DNA of 52,453 nucleotides from Girardia tigrina (lineage: Eukaryota), in the NCBI GenBank assembly GCA_001938485.1, contig MQRK01218680.1, positions 9,540 through 61,992 of the forward strand, read 5' to 3'. The notes beneath the pieces were generated by a model that worked only from the letters and a program-made list of their open reading frames with translations, searched no databases and was not told the origin of the DNA. Position numbers and translations under genes: made by a program. Positions 24,197 to 34,870 of the stretch are shown here, one piece after another (the stretch's first letter is position 1; every line of letters begins with the position of its first letter).

Positions 24197-25087
24197 CATC
24201 AATAACTATTGAAATGAATTTAAATTTCTATTTTATATTTAGAATAAAAAAACTAGAGAAGTTTCATTTGTAGATTAGTTGTAATATTTTAATAATTATT
24301 AAAATTTTAAAAATCGATCAATTCTAGTCTATTTTAAAAGTCAAAAAAGCACATTAGAACTTAACTACTAAATCAATTTTTTTCATATCTATATTTTATG
24401 CGGTCAGAACTATACTCGGACACATATTTTTTTTGTTATCGTTTGTAGAAAGGAAAATTACTATTAAATTTTTTAATAAATTAATTACGCGATTAGTAAC
24501 CATTGAAATCTTTTGTAGAAATAAAAATTTCATACAAAAATTTTTACAACTACATTTTGCAATTAAATAGTTACTAATAACATAAAAAAATATTGTAAAG
24601 CATGAAAGAAAAGAACAAAACATTTCTATATAATACAGTTTAAACAATTGTGGATAATCACAATACGTTTTCACTAGATATATATAAAGTAATCTTATAA
24701 AAAGAGTAGAAAAATATATTTTAAAACGGTTTAATTTGATCCAATTTAAAATTAACATTGCAAAATTATTTATCATAATTTTTAACGATAAAATAAAATA
24801 TTTGTTTTAATAATATCAATTCATTATCACATTAGCAAAATTTCATGTTCAGATATATGAATTCAACATTTTAACATTCATCTGCATATATCTTTTCCTT
24901 CCAAAATACTTCTACGATAAAAAACTAAAAATGTCGATAAGGACATCTGTATTTTTTTGTATCATTTTATTTATATCGATAATAACATTCAATTACCTGA
25001 AAAAATTTAAATCTCAAATTTAAAGTTGTTTAAATATTCAAACATTTCGCAAAATTTAAATCACGTTTTTTTTCAAAAATTAATTTT

Positions 25088-25678
25088 ATGACATTTATCA
25101 AACAATTACCGTCCGACGATGCTGAATGTATTTATTACACGAAAAAATTCGATGATCATTTTAAACAATTTTCCGTTAATTTCCTATTGAAAAACAAAGA
25201 AATTAATGTCACCTCAAACGACACTCGTTCTAATTCGTCTCAATGTGCAGAAACAGAAACGATCAGTCACGAAAAATCGATCAATGAATTTCTGTCTCTA
25301 ATGGAACGAACCGATCGACCGCAGTTATCGTCTCTGTCGTCTGTTTTCACTCGAATCACAGAAATTTCTCTCCGCAATCGCATCAGAAAATTCGTCGCCG
25401 TTATCGATTGTTCATCGACGCGCAATTTCCACACGGATTTCTCGCAAATCAAATCGCATTTAGACGATCTGAAAATCAATAGGAAAAACGCGATTCCGAA
25501 ATTGAAAATCGATTTGGTGAAAGCGAAGAATCGATCGAGGAGAAAATATCGGATCGATCGGTCGCAGTCCGATGAAATGTGTTTCTCGTTTCGCTGCTTG
25601 ACGAATCATCTCGAGGACTCCGTGGAGAATGTCGCCCGTGTTCTGCGAGCGTATCCGCGACTGAAGAGAATCTGCTGA
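25088..25678 (+). CDS. 196-aa orphan protein with basic C-terminus
   Basis: ATG-initiated ORF in a CpG-rich island; decayed paralog at 2598-2820; no recognised domain. Confidence 0.55.
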   Translation: MTFIKQLPSDDAECIYYTKKFDDHFKQFSVNFLLKNKEINVTSNDTRSNSSQCAETETISHEKSINEFLSLMERTDRPQLSSLSSVFTRITEISLRNRIRKFVAVIDCSSTRNFHTDFSQIKSHLDDLKINRKNAIPKLKIDLVKAKNRSRRKYRIDRSQSDEMCFSFRCLTNHLEDSVENVARVLRAYPRLKRIC

Positions 25679-25972
25679 CGCGATTGGCTTTCACATTGAT
25701 TTATTGATTTTGTTTTGTGTAAATAGACGCACTTTTTATTGATTTTGATGAGGGATTTTGTGTAATTGATCGAATCTGGAGCTTGATTATCTCGCGGTTG
25801 ATGGGCGGCATTTACGAGTCTGTTTGTACGAGACGATCGCTGTGATCGATCGACTTGAATTATCGATTTTGTGTGATGCTCACTCGCGAATTGAAATGTA
25901 TTTCTGACACATAAATTTTTATAAATAAATCTTTTAATTAAATGTTCTTATTGACTTTGATTTATTGATTCA

Positions 25973-26094
25973 GTTTTTGACATTACTGACTGGAACAAAT
26001 GATAGAGATGGTAGAGACTCCAATAATTATTTAATTTCACTATTTGTTTCATAATTCACTTTAAACCCTACATTATTTATTTTTTTGGTTGTAT
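25973..26094 (-). repeat. ~120-bp duplicate of MULE segment 27165-27286
   Basis: Direct repeat GTTTTTGACATTACT...CCCTACATTATTTAT with scattered substitutions. Confidence 0.85.
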
Positions 26095-26526
26095 GGAACG
26101 AGTGTTATACTACCCCTCCCCCACATATTATATAATCTGTGTAGATTTATTTATTTAATTATACAGTTATTCTTTTATTTAATCATTTATTTATATAATA
26201 ATTAATTTATTCTTTACTTTTTATTCATTTATTTTATAATTGATTCACTGATTTGTTTATTCAATTATTGAATCAATAAATCAATTATTACATAAATGAA
26301 TAAAAAGTAAAGAATAAATTAATTATTAAATAAATTATTTAACAAATAAATGATTAAATTTGATTTGATTGAATTTCAATCAATTAATAATTAATTATTT
26401 CATTTTTTATTAATTAATTAACAATTTTATTCATCCATTCCGCCAGTTATTCCCCTAATTCGAAACGAAATTGTGTAATCTACACAGCTTACATAATATG
26501 TGGGGGGGCAGTATAACACTCGTTCC
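26095..26526. mobile_element. MITE (432 bp) with ~50-bp GG-terminated TIRs and an internal hairpin
   Basis: GGAACGAGTGTTATACT...GTGTAGATT and AATCTACAC...AGTATAACACTCGTTCC; internal inverted arms at 26177-26359; no TSD seen. Confidence 0.85.
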
Positions 26527-26794
26527 TTCTTTTACTTTGTTGTATGCTCAAATGCTCTCTTTCGCCTCATATTTTTATTCTTTCTATTACTTCGATCACC
26601 CTCCAACGTGGATTTTAATTGATCTCGATAATTTTTCAGTGAACCTTACGTTATTATACTTCATCTGATGTAATTTGTATTTTCGTGATCGGACAGAACG
26701 AAGATGGACAAAGCAACACAACAAAGACGAATGACAAGGATAAAACAACACTGAAAAATCAAAACACAACCAAAATACTAATTTTATAAGCATA

Positions 26795-27540
26795 TATTCA
26801 TTTTCAAATTTGCCATTTTACGTAAGTACCGTAATTTATCATTTTCATCAAAAAGATTTGAACGATGAAGGCAACTTTTTGGCTAAGAGTATATTACTTT
26901 TTTCGAACTTCAAATTGACCTGATTTCACATTACTTAGCAGTAATCTGAGGTAAGCAATATTCTCCTTTAGTCCATTAAATAACTTCAAAGGCTCGGATG
27001 ATGATATGGAAAGAGTTAAATCAATTTTGAAACTCTTCGCAAGAATTTGTTGTTTTATGGGATCCATCAGATGCGTTGATTCCATAATAGGATAGGAAAT
27101 TGTGCTGCTCTATCATATCTAGTACTTCTTTCGTCATCATAGAACTTACCAAAAGACCAAAAAGGTTTTTGACATTACTAACTGAAACAAATGATAGAGA
27201 TGGTAGAGACTTCAATAATTATTTAATTTCACCATTTGTTTCATAATCCACTTTTAACCCTACATTATTTATCTTTCTGGTTATATTTTGACAGAGATTA
27301 AAAGACATACTTTAACTTCAATACCTGGAAAAGCAATATGAATTGTTGATATACAAGTTATAAATTAGAACAAGTCAACCAGAACTTTCTGTGGTGATAG
27401 ATTTGGAAGAAGTTGCTTCATAATCTCGCGCATTCTGGTAAAAGTTTCTAAAATTTTTCTTTGTAGTAGAATGTAAAACAAGGCGGATAATAAATACCGA
27501 ATTCAGCATACCAGATGAAGAGCTCATAAAATTATTTTTT
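26795..27540 (-). mobile_element. Decayed MULE transposase
   Basis: LSPQKVLVD...AFPGIEVK..SFNLCQNITRKINNVGLK..Y...LKSLPSLSFV; KTTNSCEEFQN; HPSL; DKLRYLRKMA. Confidence 0.8.
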
Positions 27541-27631
27541 TCGTTTTTTTCTGTTTATGTGTGATATGTCCTTCTATCTTTATCGTTTTTACCTTTTGTC
27601 CTAGAATCTATTATTTGTCTTAATTATCGAT

Positions 27632-27928
27632 TATGGTGCGCTTATCAATGACTGTATGTTTCTTAGTCCAATTTAATTTCTTCTTCTGGCTAGTTTAGCA
27701 TGTAAGGATAATTATCCTAATTATAATTATGCCATTGTTTGATTCACAGTCAAAGCATGGATAGCACTTCAATTGGTTATTTTTTCTTATTTGGTCTTTC
27801 ATCTGGATAATGGTGCGCTTATTAAAGAAACTTTATGTTTCTTTGGATATTTCAATTTCTTCATCTGGCTAGTTAAGCATGTACGAATAACCAGGTAATT
27901 GTTTGCTTCACTTTCAAATCATGGATAG
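27632..27928. repeat. Diverged tandem duplication, ~177-bp period
   Basis: ATGGTGCGCTTAT...CTGGCTAGTT.AGCATGTA...CATGGATAG occurs twice. Confidence 0.8.
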
Positions 27929-29168
27929 GTCTTATATTTCTCGCATTACTCTTCTTGATTACAAGTAGATGTAGTTTTTCTCGTTTCATAAAGAATCTGA
28001 AGACAATTTTTGACCCGTTTTATTTTCATTGGTTTTTTATTGTGCAAATAAATTCAGTTTTTATTGATTTTGATATATCTATATTATATTTTCAATATAA
28101 GTTTGTTTGCGGTGTCGTCGATGATTTATTCATTGTGGATTTGTGTTGTTTTAAGGAGGAATTGTTTCACGTTACAGTGATATCGTTGAAAGATGTTATC
28201 GAAGTTGAATGATTTGTCTTGCATTCAGAATTTGTAGTTAATCAAATCTGTTCGCTCATTCTCTTCCAATTAACAGTATTTAACCAGTGGTTTTTATGGT
28301 TAAATGTAGTCTATTTATTTTTTTTGATATATTTATGATTTTTTTAATTAATTGACTTGTTCTAAATAAAAAATTTATAGTTAAAGAAGTGCATGGGATT
28401 CTTTTACTCATTCTTCTTATTTAACCTAATTCGGGAAACAACTGTCTCTTTGTACATAAACACCAAATATACCCAATGTCTTGATTGGTATTGTGTCAAA
28501 TGTTTCATTACAATATTAAAAATTCAACAATTTGAGCTCCCAAACCTTGTAATACGAAGTACTATTCTTTCTGTTTGTCTTTGTTCAATGATATTAAATA
28601 ATCGGAGCTTATTCGACAAAAACGCTTAATTTCTAAATAATAATATGATACCAAAACAAAGTTAGTTATTACCAAACGAATTATATTAAGTATTTAATCA
28701 AAAGAGAAAAAAAGAAGATAGTAGCAATAGATCGTGTGGAAAAGAAATCTGTCAGAAAAAAGTTCAAAAATAATGTTATTAAATTTCTTTGCTCCTGATT
28801 GTTGATAGTTATTTGATTGTCTATGAGTTATGATTTCGTTTCCACAAATCAAACTGGTTCTGAGATTTCTCCTGGATAAAATTAAATTGCAAAGACAATT
28901 TTGTGAGTGTTCAGAATAATAATGACAAAATTTTCTCGAGTTAGGAAGTAATCGTGGTTTTTTTTCAACTCGTTATTAAAGATTTATTGATTTTTTTAAT
29001 TAAATATAATTTAAAATTATTATAATTTATGATAATATAATAATATTAATTCTTTTTTTCTTACGCTTATCGGAATATTTTGTCCTTTGATATGTACTTG
29101 GATAAAAAATGATATAAATATGTTGGGTATTAGAAATCTTTAATATAATTATTTACTTTTAAAATACA

Positions 29169-29231
29169 AATCTTAAATCTTCAATCTTTAATCGTAAATC
29201 TTTATTCTTTAATCTGTAATCTTTAATCTGA
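29169..29231. repeat. 7-bp tandem repeat (AATCTTT)-like x9
   Basis: aatctta aatcttc aatcttt aatcgta aatcttt attcttt aatctgt aatcttt aatctga. Confidence 0.85.
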
Positions 29232-29844
29232 CTCCAATTAATCAGAAAGGACTTCCAACCTAAATATATAGACAATGAATACAAATTCTTTTATGAAACT
29301 TTATTTCAAATAACAAAAATTAACAAGTCAAAATAATAATAATAATTAAATTCTTGATGACAGAACACAAAACAATATTTCGTGCGAGTTAACAGATTAC
29401 AGTAAAGACTGTGAATCTCCAAAAACGAACGAATGTTTAAATTTAAATTAAACCTTTTTCTCCCATATGGGATACTTATGGTTTAAAAAGAATAATAAAT
29501 AATACAAATAATTCTTTAAAATGAGTTTACTTCTTTCCATTTGTTTTAGATGATAGATTTTTTGGGGCAAACTAAAACTAGATTTGCTGCTGTTTATATA
29601 GTAATTTTCATCAGCCTTGAAAATTGATAAAGTAAAACAAAGACTAAAATATTTTTAATTTTAAATTCCAAATTTTGTTAAACTAAATATTATTTTGTTT
29701 GAAATTAATAATTTTACTAAAAGAATTATTTAAAAATTTTACTATATAAAATTTTATCAAAAGTGTTCATATGTATATTTCGGAACTCTAACAAATAAAT
29801 AAATGTTAGTATATGCAAATATATACGGGTGTGTTCTTTCAGTG

Positions 29845-30170
29845 ATTGAGAGGCTCTCTGGTCTAATATTTGAAATTGATGAATCTATATTTTTAGAGGA
29901 AAAATAACGTTGGTAAAGTTTATGAATAACAGTGGGTGTTTGCGGCATTTGCAGTAAAAACTCGGAGTGATTGCCGCTGGTGGTACCAAACAGGAGACAA
30001 ATTATGTTATGCTGATAATTCAATAAAATATTTGTCCTTGGAAAAATACAAAATAGCACGGTTATATCACTATCCAAAGTAATGCCTGAATTATATTATA
30101 GAACATACTTTCACGTGGGTCTTCATCGTTAGAGGTATTTGGACTCTTATAAAAAATATACACTCTATTC
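29845..30170 (+). mobile_element. Merlin (IS1595-like) transposase remnant
   Basis: IFEIDESIF..RKNNVGKV..*QWVF.GIC...VVPNR matches the Merlin pattern VEIDES.F.KRKYN.GR...WVFGG...VPNR. Confidence 0.75.
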
Positions 30171-31932
30171 GAAATCCTCTCTGACAATTCGCAAATCAAG
30201 AAAATCATTTTAAGTACTTCCCAGTAACTGGAATAAATAATTTGAATGGAATCAGAATTTATAATGAAGGAATATAATTTGGGGTTTTTGCAATTTTAAT
30301 GAATATTAAAGCAGCATATTCAGAATAAATACTTTTTTACAATAATTTTAAATCTTATTTTTTCCTAATATAGGGATCTTTCAAACAATGCATAAAATGA
30401 AAGAAAGAAGTACATAAATAAAAAAAACACAATGGTACTGTAAATTGATGAGTGGAGTCTCTACCATGTAATTCCGACTATCTGTTTAATCAATTAGTGT
30501 AAATATTATCTCTTTATCCTGCGTGCACTGAGTTAATCTATCCTTCCTTATGTCTGTTATATATCCCTGAACCCATAGGAACTCATAACCCTGCACTAGT
30601 TGTAGATGTAAAGGATTGAGACGCATCTCACAATATTAGGAGATTGTAAGGATGTTGAGCGTAAACATTAGGTGGAGGATTGTCCTGATCTTCGATGACA
30701 GGAGCTCAGAGTCAATCACATTGAACGTAGCTACCCCAGCGCTAATACCTTGTTAATCAGTAGAAATACACCCGGATAAACTAAGCAGATTTCAACATTC
30801 TGTTGGATAATATGGATGTAAATTAGTGCACCACGAATGATTTAATATAAAAATATTTAATTTCATTGACATAGAGAAAATGAAGAATAATTGTAAAATC
30901 ATCAATAAATTAGTATTCACGATACCTAAACCAAAATTTGTTAACATTGTAAAGATATATGTGAAAATAGACAGATAATTAGTGTCAATTACAAATTTTT
31001 ATTCTTATTTTTACAGATTAAATAATTATCATATGATCAAAGACGACTTAAATTAAAAATAAAATTACCGAACCATTTTTATTTCCACTTTTAAATCATG
31101 AGTAAAAATAAAGTTTATTAATAAAAAAAGGTTTTTACGAAAGTTTTTTTACTTTAATTGAAGAATTGTGTATAATAATTATATTTAATCTATTCAGAAA
31201 ATTGATGTTGAAATGTTTTGCATCTGAAACAATAATATATTTCTGACTTCGATTTGTGGTACTTTGTGTTAGTTGAGTTCTTATGCAGTCTTCAATATTT
31301 AACTCGAAATTCGACGTCTTGATGATCAAAAATTTATTAATAATATTACACATAAATCCAAATAAATTTCTATCTCCTTTTTTTGGTAAGAATCTTTTTA
31401 AACATATTTTATCATTGGTATTTTCGTTTCTCCTAATTATTTTAAATCAAATTATTAATATGTTGAAATAAGTTTATATTTATTTAATGGTTTATTTAAT
31501 TAAACACGTATTTAACTTTTTGGATTTTTTTAATTTTTCCTATTTTATTTTTTTTAAATATCTTTTTTTCCAATTTTTATATGGTAATGAAAATGTTCTA
31601 ATTGAATAAATGTATTTTTTGTGTTTTCTTAAAAGTACCTTTTTAGTATGAACCCTTTATTTCCCAAACTATGAGATAAAATAAAATTATAATTCTTAAA
31701 CTTACATGTTATTTTTAATTACACTCCAAGCGTGAAAACATAAAATTAATTCATGCAAGTTTCCCAAAATCAAAATAAATATTCACAATGTTGTTGTAGC
31801 ACAACACTAAAATAAATAGCGGAATTTCTGTTGCTTAAAATTTCTTAGCTAATAAATTTAATGTTGTTGTAAAACAAACACTGTGAGAGAAAGGATTAAT
31901 ATATGTTTTTGAAAATTTTGAATTAAACATAC

Positions 31933-32010
31933 TGTGAGGAGAATTATTATCAAAACTAATAAATGTATGTTGCGTAATTTATGTATGGAATGTTCTAAGT
32001 GTGATCGAGG
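31933..32010 (+). mobile_element. Partial LTR, same family as 49651-49895
   Basis: TGTGAGGAGAATTATTATCAAAACTAATAAATG...GGAATGTTCTA is shared with 49651. Confidence 0.8.
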
Positions 32011-32057
32011 TGTGATCTCTAGAATCGTTATGTGGCAGTACACAAAATAAAATTTGT

Positions 32058-33053
32058 TGGACAAATGACTGCGAGGAGGCGTTTCAAAATTTGATAAAAG
32101 AACTTACAAAAGCTCCAGTTTTAGCATTTCCAGATTTTTCAAATGAATTTATCTTGGATACTGATGCAAGTTTTGACCGAATCGGAGCGGTTTTATCGCA
32201 ATTGGACGAAAATGGACGAGAAAAGCAAATAGCTTATGGATCACGAGCCATAGATAAGCATGAGCTTGGTTATTGCATAACAAGAAAAGAATTATTAGCT
32301 ATATTTTATTTTACCCAACATTTTAAGCACTATTTGTACGAAAAACGCTTCAAACTCCGTACTGATCACAAAGCCATAACGTTTATGCTGAAAACAAAGA
32401 AACCCATAAGTCCTCAATTTCAGGCATGGATTAATCATTTGAGTAGCTTAGATATCCAGATGGATTATAGAAAGGGGGAAGAACACTCTAATACCGATGC
32501 ACTATCAAGAACAGATTGTAAAACTTGCGCTCAATGTCAAACAATACATGAAGATCACAAAACCGGCAAGTTGAAGACAAAGATTTTGGCTTTAATGTTA
32601 AAAGATAATGGTTCAGAATGGCAGGAAGATTCAAAAGAAATAAACGATATAAAGAACGAGATTGAGAATAATAAGGAAACAAAGTGGAAAATATTGAATA
32701 ACATTGTTTATACACAAAAAGATAAAATTTGGATTCCTGAAGAAAATACAAGAAAAATTATAACCCATATTCACGAGCTGCTATGCCACACAGGAGTTAA
32801 GAAAGTTCACGAATACATATCTCGAAAATTCGATATGACAAATAGAAAAGAAAAAAATAAAGAAATTATGCAGAGTTGTGAAAATTACGAGAAGAGAAAT
32901 GTGCTGACGACTAAAACGAAAGAAAAAGTAGTTAAAAGTAAACCAACTTCCTTATTTGAAACGATTCATATTGATTTTTGTGAACTTTTTAATACATCAT
33001 TTGGAAGACAAAAATATATAATGGCAATCATTGACCAATTCAGTAAATATATA
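32058..33053 (+). mobile_element. Gypsy pol fragment (connection, RNase H, integrase N-terminus)
   Basis: APVLAFPDF, ILDTDASF, IAYGSR, RTDHKA, IWIP..HELLCHTG, IHIDF, AIIDQFSKY. Confidence 0.92.
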
Positions 33054-33218
33054 ATGACGAATATATATTTTATCAACACGCATTGAACTATGGTGTCTTC
33101 GTTTTGAGTTCTAATCTATGTCAAAGTGACCAATTTTTTTGGAGCTGAGTCATTTTATATGACCAGACAATAAAGAAATAATTGGAAATTATTATATATT
33201 ATTTACTGAAAACAATAT

Positions 33219-33336
33219 TGTGGAATAATTATGTAAATATTAATGTATTTTAATATGTGTGTTGTTTTAATAATCATTATTGTAAACTGTTAATTCAAAT
33301 ATATTTTTACTTATTTGGATATTATCTTTCACAACA
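33219..33336 (+). repeat. 5' LTR of element D
   Basis: TGTGGAATA...CACAACA; 4 mismatches against the 3' LTR by eye. Confidence 0.95.
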
Positions 33337-33337
33337 G

Positions 33338-33355
33338 TGGCGTCATGAGCAGGAT
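33338..33355 (+). promoter_or_regulatory. Primer-binding site, tRNA-Ser-like
   Basis: TGGCGTCATGAGCAGGAT 1 nt after the LTR; its complement resembles the 3' end of eukaryotic tRNA-Ser(CGA). Confidence 0.7.
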
Positions 33356-34831
33356 CAAAGCCGATAGTGGAGATCACCAGTCGAAATTACTGGAAATAAT
33401 TTTGAATAGAAGCCTGAAAAAGGACTCCGCCAAAACGCCGAAAACATTCGAAGAAGGGGACGATGCTGCCCAATTTTTGAAATGCATGGATGCATTTATG
33501 CGGCAACTTGAAATATCGGAGGAAACACAAGCTGACTTCTTCATGGAATACTTGGAGGAAGATGTTCAGTGTTTTCTGAAGTCGCAGTGGGGTTACACCG
33601 AAAACCAAAAGAGTTTCGAATGGCTCAAGGAAACTTTTTTGAAGCTGTTCGGAAGAAAGAAGTCAGATATTTCATCGTGGATGAAACTATTCGGCATCCG
33701 ACAGAAGGATGGCCAGTCAACGAAGGACTTCATGAAAGAAGTAAGAATGCGTTGTTTTAAAGAATTACCGGAGTTGACCTCCGAAGAAAGAGAGCCAAAA
33801 ACTCTCCAAGTTTTTATAAATGGTTTAATGAATGACAGAGCTCAAAAAGCACTAAAAGTGTTGCAGCCTAAAACTTTGGATGAAGCATTCGAGATGATAA
33901 AAAAAGAATGTGTAATTCAAGAGATGTCGGCAATAGTAAATGTGCTGGCCGAGAATGATGAAATTCGAATGCTCAGGGATGAAGTTTCCGAACTGAACAA
34001 ACGTATTACCTCATTGCAGGAAACAGTAAAAATGCTGCAGCAAGAAAGATAATAGAGTCAATGGAAAGGCGATAATAGAACGAGAAATCCTGTCAAAGAA
34101 ACAAGTGGATGCTGGAATTGTGGGAGCAACAGTCACATTATGAGAGACTGTAAAAAGTTTCGATTCTGCAAAAAATGCTACAAAAAGGGGCATATAGATA
34201 AGTTTGTCTAAACGGAAAACGTAAATCAGTCCATGTGGTCGAGTCTGCCAGTATATCCAGTAATGAAATTGAAACAGACACGGGAACAGGTACGGAAGAA
34301 CCGAGCATTTGTCATATTTCAAATGCAAAGAAGTCGTATGCCAGAACGGTGAAAGAAACAGTTCCGAAACAAAAGGAACAGAATAATCTTCGAGTAAAGA
34401 AGAGCAGTTATAAAGTAAAAGATCAGAACAAACAAATTTGTTACTGTCGGATCAATGGGAACAGTAAAACGATCTTATTAGACACCGGAGCCGAAGTGAA
34501 TGCTATCAGCAAAGACATGCTAATGGAGTTGCAAGATTCAGATAAAACATTGCAAACCAGACGTTCATCTAGGAAAATCAAGTGTGCAGATGGATTTACA
34601 GTGCCTGTACGAGTGGAAGTATCCCTGATAGTTGAATCGGGTGCTAAAGGGAAAAGTTGCAATTTCTTTGTTGTGGATGGATTGAGCCCGGATATAATTC
34701 TTGGGATACGGAGTATGAAGAGTCTTGGGATTAAGATTGATCTCGATAATAATGGTGTTAATAGTGGAACAATTTTCGTTCCATTCATTTCGAAGGTGAA
34801 TACGACAGTCCCGACAAATCAGTTAAACTGA
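33345..34831 (+). pseudogene. gag: gag-protease ORF of element D (two stops at 34050-34055, 1-nt frameshift near 34205)
   Basis: Capsid-like region; knuckles CWNCGSNSHIMRDC and CKKCYKKGHIDKF(C); protease LLDTGAEVN...IILG. Confidence 0.88.
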
Positions 34832-34870
34832 AAGGGCACTGTTTAAAGAGTCGGAAGCAGTATGTGCCCT
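34822..34870 (+). promoter_or_regulatory. Candidate -1 ribosomal frameshift signal
   Basis: G TTA AAC TGA at the ORF1 end, then stem AGGGCAC/GTGCCCT; the -1 frame stays open to ~34940. Confidence 0.55.

Noticed and set aside
30440-30840. GC-elevated tract, possibly a gene or TE relic
   Set aside because: No sustained frame or recognisable motif.
34047-34058. Alternative genetic code (TAA/TAG as Gln), suggested by TAA TAG in gag and the TAA at 16279
   Set aside because: The Gln-rich 700-aa gene and the USP gene have no in-frame TAA/TAG and both end in TAA; the 16279 stop aligns to Leu (TTA).
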